From the sequence record DRR723986_697: 64,000 nt of DNA; one strand, written 5' to 3'. The stretch's first letter is position 1; the number at the start of each line of letters is the position of its first letter. Below are positions 38,365 through 48,399 of this stretch, piece after piece. Both the position numbers and the translations under genes were made by a program. A model generated the notes under the pieces. That model saw only the letters and a list, made by a program, of their open reading frames with translations, ran no database searches and was not told where the DNA came from.

Positions 38365-40902
38365 TCAAGGCGCGGGGCCGCGGACACCCACCTCGCCGAG
38401 GAATTCCAGCTTGCGCCGCCACATATCCCGGATATTCGCGGGTGAGGACAGGACATGTCCCTCCCCGCGATAGAGGACATAGCGGACATCCTTGCCCTGC
38501 CTTGAAAGCGCGGCATACATTTCGTCAAACTGACTTTCGTCAAACGCATCCATGTCCGAATGAACAAGCATGACAGGACACTCTATATCCGATGCCAGCA
38601 GGACCGGACTGTTGCGATAGTAGATTTCCGGATCGTCAAACGGTGTTTGACCCAGGCCGAAAGCGCTGCCTGCCCGGCTCTCATATCGCCTGAACTGCGC
38701 GCCCAGTCCGTCTACCGAGAAGTCGGCAAATATACCTGCCGGCCCAAAATAATGGCTAACGAGATCGCTCCAGCTGTTCTGGGCAATGACTCCAGCGAAC
38801 AGATCGGTCTTAGCCGCCACATAGAGCGCAGATATGCCGCCCTGGCTTAACCCGTGGAGCACCATCCGGTCCGGATCTGCATAGCCCTGTTCGACCAGCG
38901 CGTTTACCCCCGCCTCGACCAGAGCCGGCATAGCTGCGATCGGCCCGTCTTCAGTTCGGATCAGCTCTGTCGGCAGCGCAAGACGTACGTAGGCAATGCC
39001 TTCTGCAGCCCAGAGATAGGGCGAGTAGACGTCCATACCCGAACGGGTCGGGTCCATGTCCCCACACAGGCTCGGAGCACCCGGATAAACTTCGACGATC
39101 AATGGAACGGCATGCCCCTTCTGATAGTCCGGCGGCAGCAGGATGCAGTTTTCGAGCTGCCGGATTGCAGCGCCGGCGTTCACTTCATAAGCAATCTTTT
39201 CCCAATGGACCGGATCAATTCCGGAGAGGTGCGAATTGATCCGGTCGAGCTCCCGGACACCGTCCTCCAGACTGGCGATCAGCAGGCGCGCCTCTCCGGA
39301 CTTGCTGGTCTGATAAAGGATTGTATCTGCCGACGCTGCGATCGGAACGGCAGTCTCATCTGCCGGCAGAAAAGATATCATTCCGTTTGCATGCCCCGCT
39401 GCCGGGCTTTGCAAGACAAACAGCTGCGCTGCTCCCTGCCCCGACACAAGAAGCACATCACGCTGCCATTGCGGACGGATGACACCCGACCGGGTCAGGG
39501 CTGATCCCTGCCGGACTTGCCGGATCGGATCGCCGCTTTCCATTGAAACATGACGCTCCGTATCGGAAGCGTCCAACAGGTAGACTCCATCCTCCGCAAT
39601 GATCTGCACGCCTGCCTCACCCGACGAGACCGGAATACCGGAAACGCCCCGCAGGTGCGCCGTCAGGTTTTCAGGCGGCGCATCAAAGGTGAGCGCATAC
39701 CAGTCGGCACGCGCCAGTCCGGCCTCGCCAGGGTCACGATAGGTAAAATGGCCAGCGCCAGAAGGGTCTGAGGCAGCGCGGGCATAGACCGCCAATCGGT
39801 CACCGACAAATACGGCACGTTCGGGCCGCTGGGCCCAGCCGCGTTCCCGCTCGGAGACAAAATCAAGTCCATCGCTCACGAGCCGTCTCGCCTGGCCGCT
39901 TGCAACATCAACGAGATAGAAACCGCCTTCCCGCGGTGACTGTCCCGGCTCCCAGCCGAAGAATGCCAGGAATTTGCCATCCGGAGACCATTCGAGGGAG
40001 TATGGCATGACCGACAGATCCAGATTATCAAGTCCGCTGCTCCAGTCTTCGGTATGGAACAGGACAAGCCTGAAGCGCTCCGAATTGTCTTCCATAAGTG
40101 GGCGGGAGATATCCACCGGACTTTTCCACATCCTGAGTCCCGCCAGAATCCGGCCGTCCGGTGAAAGACAAAGATCTGTATACTGCCCCTCCGCAAGACA
40201 GGTTTCCGCTCCGTTTGTCCCATCCGCCAATGCAAGACAGCCAGGTCCGGCAACGTCCGCATGATCGGCGGAATAACTCCTCGCCTCCCGGGCAGTAACG
40301 GTCCTGCCCGACCAGGCAGCATGCCAGTCATGTGTCAGCTTCTGTCCCGTGTCAGCCCGGACGCTCATGGATCGAGGCTGGTCTCCTGACGGCAAAGCCG
40401 CGAAAATGAGCCTGCCTTCCGAAATCCAGACCGGATCCTGCCCGCCCGTCCGGCTATCCACAGGCGCGCGTCCAAACTGAATCAGACGATCGTCTTCCGT
40501 ATCGAAGATACCAAACGCGACATGGCCGCGCTTGTACTGAAGGAGCGAAATATATCGGCCCTCCGGAGAGATACTTACCAGTCTTGTGTCACTGTCCGGA
40601 TCGATACCCGGAAGGCGCATCGGCACGCCTCCAGCGTCCAGATCATATTTCCAGAGCTCGTGGCCGATCCGACCGGCCGCATAAAGACCATAGCTGAAGT
40701 CGGAATTCGCCTCGTATGATCGCTGGCGTTCATAGATGAGCCGACGACCCGAAGGATCAAAAACAGCATGGCCAAAGCCTTCCATCTTCAGCATGTCATC
40801 AAGCGTCAGGACACGTCCTTCAGCCTGAACCGGAACGCATATCGGAAAGGCCAGCCAGACAAAAGCGAACATCAATACGCGCAAGAGAGCGTCTCGCATC
40901 AT
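38365..40902 (-). CDS. S9 prolyl-oligopeptidase family protein, probable lasso peptide isopeptidase-like
   Basis: Signal peptide, beta-propeller SPDG repeats, GLSQGG nucleophile motif, GEGH; lasso-cluster-like context. Confidence 0.8.
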   Translation of the reverse strand: MMRDALLRVLMFAFVWLAFPICVPVQAEGRVLTLDDMLKMEGFGHAVFDPSGRRLIYERQRSYEANSDFSYGLYAAGRIGHELWKYDLDAGGVPMRLPGIDPDSDTRLVSISPEGRYISLLQYKRGHVAFGIFDTEDDRLIQFGRAPVDSRTGGQDPVWISEGRLIFAALPSGDQPRSMSVRADTGQKLTHDWHAAWSGRTVTAREARSYSADHADVAGPGCLALADGTNGAETCLAEGQYTDLCLSPDGRILAGLRMWKSPVDISRPLMEDNSERFRLVLFHTEDWSSGLDNLDLSVMPYSLEWSPDGKFLAFFGWEPGQSPREGGFYLVDVASGQARRLVSDGLDFVSERERGWAQRPERAVFVGDRLAVYARAASDPSGAGHFTYRDPGEAGLARADWYALTFDAPPENLTAHLRGVSGIPVSSGEAGVQIIAEDGVYLLDASDTERHVSMESGDPIRQVRQGSALTRSGVIRPQWQRDVLLVSGQGAAQLFVLQSPAAGHANGMISFLPADETAVPIAASADTILYQTSKSGEARLLIASLEDGVRELDRINSHLSGIDPVHWEKIAYEVNAGAAIRQLENCILLPPDYQKGHAVPLIVEVYPGAPSLCGDMDPTRSGMDVYSPYLWAAEGIAYVRLALPTELIRTEDGPIAAMPALVEAGVNALVEQGYADPDRMVLHGLSQGGISALYVAAKTDLFAGVIAQNSWSDLVSHYFGPAGIFADFSVDGLGAQFRRYESRAGSAFGLGQTPFDDPEIYYRNSPVLLASDIECPVMLVHSDMDAFDESQFDEMYAALSRQGKDVRYVLYRGEGHVLSSPANIRDMWRRKLEFLGEVGVRGPAP

Positions 40903-40952
40903 TTGCTACAACACATCCAACTGGAATGCCTGAGGGGAAATCAATGAAATGG

Positions 40953-40980
40953 TCCCGGGGCCAGGACTGCAGCCCCGGGA
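40953..40980 (-). terminator. Hairpin between the TonB receptor and peptidase genes
   Basis: TCCCGGGGC-N10-GCCCCGGGA, perfect 9-bp stem. Confidence 0.5.
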
Positions 40981-40991
40981 CAAGAGAAGGG

Positions 40992-43760
40992 TCAGAATGC
41001 CTTGCGGAACTCCAGGGAAACGAACCGCATCAATGGGGAGGCATTTGCCTGGTCATAGCCGGTTGTTCGCAGGCTACCGTTTACCGGCACAGCTGGAGGT
41101 GCCTCATCCAGCGCATTGCGCACCGACAGTGACAGGCGCGTCCCTTTCAGGAGGCCGGCTGTCTCCTGGCCGAAATCGTAAGCAAGGGACAGGTCGACCG
41201 TGGTCCACGAACCGATTTTATCGGCCATGTCCGTTCCGTCCGTACGATAGTCGTCGAGGTAATTGACCCGTACGGTTCCGGAAAAGCCGCCGCGTGTAAG
41301 GCCGAGGCGGGATTGCAGCTGCAGATCCACCGGATTGCGCAGCGTGTTGAGTGTCTCGACAGGCGCGGTCACATCCGTTGCCTGCTGGGTGAAGTCGAGA
41401 ATGTAGTTTGCCGATATCCCGCCGCTGACCTGACCGAACCGGGTCTCGGTCTCATAGCCGAACTGCAGGTCCAGGCCGCTTGTTTCGGTTGAGGCGAGGT
41501 TGCGGACAACGGCGGCATTGTTGATGACGCCGATATTGTCGAGACTGTCGAGTCCCGGCCAAAAGAGGACCGGTTGATTGAACGTCGCCGCCAATGCTGC
41601 CACCTCTTCTGGCGTCGGAAAGAAGATTACGGTTCCAGGCGGCAGAATGCCGGGGCTGTCTCCCTCGATAAACGGCGCAAGGAGCGGAGACTGGTTGAGG
41701 GGCATCGGTGTTGAACCCAGCCGGCCTTCAAACGCGATGTCATAGTAATTGAGACTTGCCGACCAGGCGCGACCATCTCGTCCGCCTTCGTAATCTGCCC
41801 CGAATGTATAAGTCCGGGACGTCTCCGGATCGAGATTGCCTGCTGTTCCGACAGCCCGAAGATAATCCATGTCGGCAAGCGCAGGATCAGGCGGTGTGAG
41901 ATTACCAAGCGCGCTCATGATATAAGACATCGGGTACACAATTCCGAGCCGTCCGAGATCCCCGGTCCGGCCGAGCGCTGGCGGGGAAAAGCTCGTACTG
42001 TAAGTTCCGCGCAGGTTGAGCCCACTCGTCGGTGACCAGAGCAAGCCAATTTTCGGATTGGACGTTGTTCCGAAGTCCGAATAATCATCCAGCCGGCCCG
42101 ACAGGTTGAGCTCGAGACGTTCAATTCCAGGCCGGCCATTGCCCACACCGACAAACGGCACCTGGACTTCGGCATAGAGCGCTCGCACATCCCGGTCTGC
42201 TTTGCGATCGAGCCCGGTGTCCGAGTTCGAATTCTCGAAATCCTCCTGCCGCAAATGACCGCCGATCGCGGCCTTCACCTTCCCGCCCGGCAAAGCAAAG
42301 AGGTCACCGGTCAATACGAGGTCTGCAGAGGCGAGATTGGAGTCCGTGTTGCTCCGGGCCGGATTGATCTGTACCGGGATCAGCGTCTTGCCGTAATCAT
42401 TGTTGCGGACCCGGCTATAGGTCAGGTCCAGGGAGGCCGCCCAGCCGGAGGCAAACTCGTAATCACCTCCGCCACTGAGGGCGATCAATTCCGACTCTGC
42501 ATCGCTCATGGCGACCGAGACGGTCGAACGCCCCAGGAAGGAATAAGCCCGGCTTGAGCGTTTGGAATAGAGCCCGGATCCGGACAGCTCGAGACTGGAG
42601 GTCAGGGATTGCTTGCCCGACAGGATCAGGCTGTGACGGTCCTGCTCCGGCAGGAGGTCAAAGAGATTATTGACCGTAATCTCGTCCCCATTGCTCAAGG
42701 TCTGGCGCGGGATCTGGGGCCGGTCCGCAAGGGTCAGATTGTCCCGGTGAAAATATTCATAAGCGGCGAGAATGTTCCCGCCAGTCCAGCTTTTTCCGAG
42801 CGTCTGGCTGGCCCTGTACTGCTTCATGTCCCCGCTGGTCACGCGCCCATACTGGAGCGCCGTTTCTGCCCCGTCATAATCATCACGCAGCACGAAATTC
42901 ATCACACCTGCCACGGCATCGCCGCCATAGATGGAGGAGGCCCCGTCCCCCAGGACATCGACCCGCTCCAGGGCGGATATCGGAATCATGGACAGATCAA
43001 CGAAATCGCCGATCGAGGAAGTCGGTGCCAGCCGGCGGCCATTGACCAGTGTCAGCGTGGCCCCGGAGCCCAGCCCACGCAGATTGGCACCAGAACCGAA
43101 TGTATTGTTGAACTTTGAACTGTCATCGCCGGGTATTCCGTATGGGGCAAATTCCGTCGACCCGCCGCCGAAATTCTGCGGAAGCTGGCGAATGAATTCC
43201 TCTGTCGAGGCTGCCCCGGATTCCAGGATCTCCTCGCGTCCATAAACGAAAAGCGGCGAGCTCTCCGGGGCAAACCCACGAAGGCTGGTGCCGGTTACAA
43301 TGACCTTGTCCGCGATAAGGTCATCGGATGAAGCTTTTTTATCCGGCTCCGGAAGTGTGTCCGGGATCATGTCTGGCTTCTCAGATTGCACCGATACGGG
43401 ACTGGATTGGTCCGGGTCAGTCTGCTGTTCCCGGACAAGGTAAGCATTTCCTTCGCCGCGCACCGCTTCCAGATCCGTCCCGGCCAACAGCAAGCTCAGA
43501 GCTTCCCGAGGCGGATAGGTGCCGGACAGGCCTGGCGAACTTTTATCCGCAATGACTGCCTGACTGAATAGCAAAGCCGTTCCGGTCTGGGCTGAATAAG
43601 CCTTCAAAGCCACGTCCAGAGACGACGCGGGAATCTCAATCTTTTCAGCCTGCTCGACAGAAGACTGTTCGGCGATCGCGGGCGCCGGCACGATCGACAT
43701 GATGATGCCTGACAGCGCTGCTCCTGCCAGGAGCCGGTATTTCGTATTGTGTAAAGTCAA
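40992..43760 (-). CDS. TonB-dependent receptor with N-terminal signalling (STN) domain
   Basis: TTG start with GGGGAG RBS; STN domain; TonB box VIVTGT; NLRGLG, LVNGRR and GASSIYG motifs; C-terminal Phe. Confidence 0.92.
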   Translation of the reverse strand: MTLHNTKYRLLAGAALSGIIMSIVPAPAIAEQSSVEQAEKIEIPASSLDVALKAYSAQTGTALLFSQAVIADKSSPGLSGTYPPREALSLLLAGTDLEAVRGEGNAYLVREQQTDPDQSSPVSVQSEKPDMIPDTLPEPDKKASSDDLIADKVIVTGTSLRGFAPESSPLFVYGREEILESGAASTEEFIRQLPQNFGGGSTEFAPYGIPGDDSSKFNNTFGSGANLRGLGSGATLTLVNGRRLAPTSSIGDFVDLSMIPISALERVDVLGDGASSIYGGDAVAGVMNFVLRDDYDGAETALQYGRVTSGDMKQYRASQTLGKSWTGGNILAAYEYFHRDNLTLADRPQIPRQTLSNGDEITVNNLFDLLPEQDRHSLILSGKQSLTSSLELSGSGLYSKRSSRAYSFLGRSTVSVAMSDAESELIALSGGGDYEFASGWAASLDLTYSRVRNNDYGKTLIPVQINPARSNTDSNLASADLVLTGDLFALPGGKVKAAIGGHLRQEDFENSNSDTGLDRKADRDVRALYAEVQVPFVGVGNGRPGIERLELNLSGRLDDYSDFGTTSNPKIGLLWSPTSGLNLRGTYSTSFSPPALGRTGDLGRLGIVYPMSYIMSALGNLTPPDPALADMDYLRAVGTAGNLDPETSRTYTFGADYEGGRDGRAWSASLNYYDIAFEGRLGSTPMPLNQSPLLAPFIEGDSPGILPPGTVIFFPTPEEVAALAATFNQPVLFWPGLDSLDNIGVINNAAVVRNLASTETSGLDLQFGYETETRFGQVSGGISANYILDFTQQATDVTAPVETLNTLRNPVDLQLQSRLGLTRGGFSGTVRVNYLDDYRTDGTDMADKIGSWTTVDLSLAYDFGQETAGLLKGTRLSLSVRNALDEAPPAVPVNGSLRTTGYDQANASPLMRFVSLEFRKAF

Positions 43761-44103
43761 AGTCGTTCTCCCCCTGAGGAACGGGATAGCAAGGCGCACG
43801 ACCCAATTCGCCACGCCTGTTCTCACAACGACGGGCTGTCCGTATCCGGCAGGATCGTTTTCAGGGAGTCACTGCGCTGCATACACCCACTCTTGCCTTG
43901 GCGGGTGCCAAGAATGAAAATTTCGGTGTTTCGAGGGGAAGCAGAGAATGTCGGAATACTGCTGGAGGAATGAGCCTGCCTCTTGATCAGCGCTAGCGCA
44001 CGACTCAGCCCGGCAGCCTTGGCAATCCTGTACCAGAGGATCGACACTCGCGATATTTACCGGTCATCGATTCGCACATAACTCCAGACCGGCATGGTGA
44101 TAC

Positions 44104-45339
44104 CTATCTGACGCTTTCAAGACGTTCTCCAATCAGTTTGATAGAGGCCGCGCGGACATTGCAGGATTTGGCAAGCGAGCTCCATTTTCCGAGCGCGTCC
44201 TGCGTCTGTGTTATGATCTCTTCAATCTGCGTCTTCGACAAATCGGCATTTTCTCCCAGCTTGCGAAGATGGTCCGTACCGGGTGCTTTTCCCTCTCCGT
44301 TGACCATCGTCGTCTGTTCTCCGCCGGGGCCCGACGAGAAAGTCAGATCGTATGCCGGGGAGAGCCGCCAGTTGCCGGCCGCATCCATCAGGAAAGTGAA
44401 GTTCTTTGCGTGATCGTCCCGGTTATGGGCCAACACGTTGAACACGGCGAGACGGAACATTTTCTCTGCTTCGCGAATGTCGCGCGTCAGGCGCATGGTC
44501 AACACAATCAGGTCTTCATAATCGAGCGAAGGTATGCGGTGGTCTGCATGCAGCAGACCGGATGCCGTATGCATATGAAGTCGCTTGCCGCCATCGCGAT
44601 CAAACCTTCGGGTTGCGAAAAATCCTGCACCCTTTTGGGCGGGAAAAAGATGCGTTGCCATCATCTCGATACCGGCAGCGCGCGCCATATCAGCATAGGC
44701 AAACTCGATAGCTCCGGCATCCACGCCATCTTGTGTGTTCGGAAACTTCACAAGCCAGTGCTCAAACCCATCCGGCAGGTGAACTGCACCATGGATCATC
44801 GCGCCAGTGGCCGGGTTATAACCGATCATCGCCTTGGGGCGGGCCCCTGCAGAAGAACCGTTCAGCGCAATCAGGTCGCCCAGTACGTCGTCCGCCTGTC
44901 CTTCCAGCACGTCGAGCGCCTGTCCGGCGAGGCGGTCCAGATCGATATCTCCAGCCGTTGCGTCGGGGCCTATGTCCGGCTGATAGACCAGCGCGCCCAT
45001 ACCGGCGCTGCCGACATGCACTAGCCGGTCAAGCGGACTGAGCTGCTCCGGCAGAATGCCTTCGGCCCGCATCGCACGATCAAACAGAAGGCGGCCCCAG
45101 CCATCCGGCAGGCTGTCATTGAAGACGCCAGGCAACCCCTCGAAAAGCCCCGCCTCGAAACTTCTGAGGCCGGGTTGCAGAGGCAGACGCACGGGGGAAA
45201 TTTCAAGACCGCGTGCGATAAATCTGCGGTCATATTCGAAATAGATTTTGCGCTCGCGAATGGCGAGACGGCCAATTGGCGATGGCCCGTCCCCGAAATC
45301 AATCCCGACATTGACCGTGTTCACAGGGGTAAAGCTCAT
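44104..45339 (-). CDS. hipA: HipA family Ser/Thr kinase toxin
   Basis: DSLPDGWG, SSAGARPK, WLVKF, RFDR, NRDDHAKNF and LSPAYD motifs. Confidence 0.92.
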   Translation of the reverse strand: MSFTPVNTVNVGIDFGDGPSPIGRLAIRERKIYFEYDRRFIARGLEISPVRLPLQPGLRSFEAGLFEGLPGVFNDSLPDGWGRLLFDRAMRAEGILPEQLSPLDRLVHVGSAGMGALVYQPDIGPDATAGDIDLDRLAGQALDVLEGQADDVLGDLIALNGSSAGARPKAMIGYNPATGAMIHGAVHLPDGFEHWLVKFPNTQDGVDAGAIEFAYADMARAAGIEMMATHLFPAQKGAGFFATRRFDRDGGKRLHMHTASGLLHADHRIPSLDYEDLIVLTMRLTRDIREAEKMFRLAVFNVLAHNRDDHAKNFTFLMDAAGNWRLSPAYDLTFSSGPGGEQTTMVNGEGKAPGTDHLRKLGENADLSKTQIEEIITQTQDALGKWSSLAKSCNVRAASIKLIGERLESVR

Positions 45340-45656
45340 GAGCGCCAGCCGTGTTTGCGCCTGGGCTTGTCTTCTGCCTGCAGCACATCATCGATCGAGC
45401 TGAATGTGTCCGCTTCAGGCGCGCTCGCCGCGATCACCTGTTCCAATCCGCCGACGACCATGAGAAGCTTGAGCAGGGTCTCAATCGAGGCCGCCCCGGT
45501 CCGCTCGAACTTGCGCAGGGTCCCAAGTGCAACCCCGGAACGGGCCGCCAGCCCGGCTTGGGTCAGGCCCATAGCAAGGCGGCGTGCCTTCAGATTGCGG
45601 GCGAGTTGTTCCCGGGCTTTGGCGGTGCTTAAAAGTGCTATCATGATAGTCTTCAT
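45336..45656 (-). CDS. HipB-like XRE antitoxin
   Basis: LTQAGLAARSGV..TLRKFE.TG HTH; 4-nt overlap with hipA; start may be 45644. Confidence 0.85.
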   Translation of the reverse strand: MKTIMIALLSTAKAREQLARNLKARRLAMGLTQAGLAARSGVALGTLRKFERTGAASIETLLKLLMVVGGLEQVIAASAPEADTFSSIDDVLQAEDKPRRKHGWRS

Positions 45657-45714
45657 ATCACAAAATGGGTTAATATTGCTACTATAATATCACTTTTATT
45701 CTCGATCCGAATCT

Positions 45715-45928
45715 TGGTGTGCCTCCCGAAAAGTGTCCATTATTTGAGCCAGTTCCGGCGGCATATATGGAGCTGAGACATGGGCATGAGGTCATCGCCT
45801 GAGGAAATTATTGCGAAGCTGCGGGAGGTGGAGGTCCGCCTCGCGCGCGGTGAGACGACGGATCAGGCTGCGCGTTCGATCGGCGTGTCGGAACACACCT
45901 GCTACCTGTGGCGGAAGGCGTATGGCGG
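45715..45928 (+). mobile_element. IS3-family remnant (left end plus truncated orfA)
   Basis: TGGTGTGCCTCCCGAAAAGTGTCCA IR-like end; PEEIIAKLREVEV...SIGVSE.T.Y.WRK.YGG orfA motif that breaks off; no orfB. Confidence 0.75.
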
Positions 45929-46049
45929 CCCTCAGGATACGTATTCGCGTATAAAATGTAGATATACGCAAATCCCTATAGTTTGACCGCTTGTTCGCAT
46001 GATGAGGTCAGCCCATCCGAAAGTCCGGAACCAATGGCTGAGCCCCCCG

Positions 46050-47075
46050 TCAGGGGTCTGTTGCGTTTGTGTCGGGCAGGATGCGGATCTCCTGCCCTAT
46101 CTGCTCGATCCGGACAGGCAACAAATAGGTGAGATTGCGCGCAAAGGCGTCCTGCTGACCGGCTGGGAACCCGCCGCTGATCCGTTCTTTGCCAAGCGCG
46201 GAATCGCCAAGAACCAGCTTCGTCTCTGAATACCGGTTGAGCTCATCGATCACCTCATCAAGGCGCATACCGTCAAACTGCAGGATACCAGTCTGCCAGG
46301 CCAGGGCAGCGGCCGTATTCACCGTCTCAACTTGCGAAGCGTGCCCGGGTGTCATGACCAGCCGCTGTCCCGGTGCCAGCACAGTGCGTGCCCCTTCCTC
46401 ACGGCTGGCCGGGAAAAGTCCAAGCATCCTGCGCTGGGGTCCAAGTTCCGAAACCGACACCGATCCTTCCACCAGAACGACGCTGACATGCTCCTCTCTC
46501 GTCTGAACACTGAACGCCGTACCGAGTGCCGTCGTGCGGCTACTACCAGCTTCGACCAGGAAAGGACGTCCATCCTTTTCGACATCGAACAGGGCTTCCC
46601 CGGTTTCCAGGACCACCAGGCGACGCGCCTTCGAATAGCTGACCTCCGCCACGCTGGCCGTATTAAGTGTCATCACCGACCCATCGTCGAGGTCGATACG
46701 TTTTTGCTCCCCAATCGAAGTCCGATAGGTTTCCGTTGGCGCCCCCCCGCCCTCCAAAGGCGTGATCATGACCAATGTCGGAAGGGCGAGAATCCCTGCA
46801 AGCGCCGCGATGGCCAAGACAATCCGATGCTTCGCCTTGCCAGGCCTGGCTTGATTGCGTTCATCCGGTCGATCTGCAGCGAGGCTCTGATCGACAGCGC
46901 TCAGAACAGATTCAGTCATCCGGAACGCCTCGGCATTTTCCGGATCGGCTTCCCAGGCTGAGAAAGCATCCAGCGTCTCCAGCGTAACCTGCGGATCCTG
47001 CAGGGCTGTATGCCAGCGGGCTGCAGCCTCCAGCCGGCTTTCGCGATCCTGATTGTCTGTCATCTCACCACTCAC
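46050..47075 (-). CDS. FecR family anti-sigma/transmembrane sensor
   Basis: AAARW N-terminus, single TM, T.IGE...L.DGS..LNT.S, GEALFDV, LGTAF and LNRYS motifs. Confidence 0.92.
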   Translation of the reverse strand: MSGEMTDNQDRESRLEAAARWHTALQDPQVTLETLDAFSAWEADPENAEAFRMTESVLSAVDQSLAADRPDERNQARPGKAKHRIVLAIAALAGILALPTLVMITPLEGGGAPTETYRTSIGEQKRIDLDDGSVMTLNTASVAEVSYSKARRLVVLETGEALFDVEKDGRPFLVEAGSSRTTALGTAFSVQTREEHVSVVLVEGSVSVSELGPQRRMLGLFPASREEGARTVLAPGQRLVMTPGHASQVETVNTAAALAWQTGILQFDGMRLDEVIDELNRYSETKLVLGDSALGKERISGGFPAGQQDAFARNLTYLLPVRIEQIGQEIRILPDTNATDP

Positions 47076-47086
47076 CCGGTCCGGCC

Positions 47087-47758
47087 TCAGAGGCCGCGCT
47101 CTTTCCGGGCAAGGCCCTTCGTAATCGCCGCCAGCGCATCGGTAATATCATTTCTGACCGTGCGGGGCGAGACGCCAAGCCGTTTGGCAATCTCGTCATG
47201 GGTCAGGCGCTCAAGCCGACTGAGCAGCAAAGCCTGCTTCTGCCTTGGGGCAATTGTCTCAAGAATTTCACTGACCTGCTGCAGGGTTTGCCTGTCCATC
47301 ATCGCCTTCTCCGGTGTCACCGTTCGCGTACAGGCGAGCGTATCGCCCTTGTCGGTAATTTCGGTCGTCATCTGCCCCGCCTTCACACGGCCGGATTTGA
47401 GGTAATCGAGCGTGAGATTTCGCAGCGTTGTGAAAAGCAGGGCCCTTAGCTCATCACCTTCCTTGTCAGGATAAGCCCGGCCGACGGACAGGAAGGCTTC
47501 CTGGACGAGGTCTTCGGCATCACTGGCATTTGAAATCCGCACACGGCAGAAGTGGAGCAACTTTCCGCGGTCGTTGTGGTAGAGTTGGGTGAGGTCGGAA
47601 TAATCACTGAACACAGATACATCTGTGAGGGATTCTCTATCGAGGCGCTCATATTTGGAAATACCTGAAACTGATGGACGCGCATAACCAGATTGGAGAA
47701 GCCCTCTAGGAACCATAGCAGATCGTTGCTCAGTCATTGACATCGCCCCCCCAACCAA
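47087..47758 (-). CDS. ECF RNA polymerase sigma factor (FecI-like)
   Basis: DAEDLVQEAF and LTHDEIAKRLGVSPRTV motifs; true start probably downstream of 47758. Confidence 0.88.
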   Translation of the reverse strand: MVGGAMSMTEQRSAMVPRGLLQSGYARPSVSGISKYERLDRESLTDVSVFSDYSDLTQLYHNDRGKLLHFCRVRISNASDAEDLVQEAFLSVGRAYPDKEGDELRALLFTTLRNLTLDYLKSGRVKAGQMTTEITDKGDTLACTRTVTPEKAMMDRQTLQQVSEILETIAPRQKQALLLSRLERLTHDEIAKRLGVSPRTVRNDITDALAAITKGLARKERGL

Positions 47759-47963
47759 ACATTGGGCCCGCTCACTACTTGTTCTCTCCCAAACATTTTC
47801 CCGGCGTCAAAATCAAAATTCCGCAATCCTTGATTGAATTTTGTGGTCATCTGCATCGTTTTCGCCATTTCTAAGCGGATCGAACCAAGAGTTCGCGGGT
47901 GAACGAGATCGCCTTTCTGCAGCATCACAACAAGCAAAATAAAAACTGCAATCAGAGCGATAA

Positions 47964-47997
47964 TTTCAGAGTATACTCCGTAGCTGTATACTACTCA
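47964..47997. promoter_or_regulatory. C-box-like operator 1
   Basis: TTTCAGAGTATACTCCGTAGCTGTATACTA containing palindrome GAGTATACTC (47969-47978). Confidence 0.7.
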
Positions 47998-48015
47998 ACC
48001 CTGTCTGCTCTCGAC

Positions 48016-48225
48016 ATGATGCTTCGGGAGACTTTCGCAACCAACTTAAAGCGATTGCGACAGCAAAAGTGCTTGTCGCAAGAAGAACTTGCGGGCTTGG
48101 CGGAGATCGATCGTACTTACGTCAGTTTGTTGGAACGGGCACAATACAGCGCCACCCTCGATGTTGTACAAAGGATTGCCGATGCTTTCGGCGTAGAGCC
48201 GATCGAATTACTGACCATCAAATAA
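48016..48225 (+). CDS. C-protein/QseC-like XRE regulator, copy 1
   Basis: 69 aa; SQEELA..AEIDRTYVSLLER motif; no SD before the ATG. Confidence 0.85.
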   Translation: MMLRETFATNLKRLRQQKCLSQEELAGLAEIDRTYVSLLERAQYSATLDVVQRIADAFGVEPIELLTIK

Positions 48226-48346
48226 TGGCCGGCAATTGCAGGACTCAATTGGTATACCGGCGGTCACCATTACCATCTGATCAAAATCCTGCGCCCTCTT
48301 CTGATCATATCAAGAGCTTCGAACGCGCCATCTCGTTCATACTTTT

Positions 48347-48376
48347 TTTCAGAGTATACTCCGTGGTATTATACTC
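48347..48376. promoter_or_regulatory. C-box-like operator 2
   Basis: TTTCAGAGTATACTCCGTGGTATTATACTC containing palindrome GAGTATACTC (48352-48361). Confidence 0.7.
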
Positions 48377-48399
48377 ATCATCCTCCGAAAAATCCGAGG

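Noticed and set aside
47900-48339. Inverted match TGAACGAGAT at 47900 and 48339 suggesting an invertible segment
   Set aside because: Only 10 bp of perfect identity, plausible by chance, and no recombinase nearby
48226-48346. Possible qseM remnant divergent from the second C-protein-like gene
   Set aside because: Minus-strand translations give only an 11-codon ORF and no QseM-like motifs
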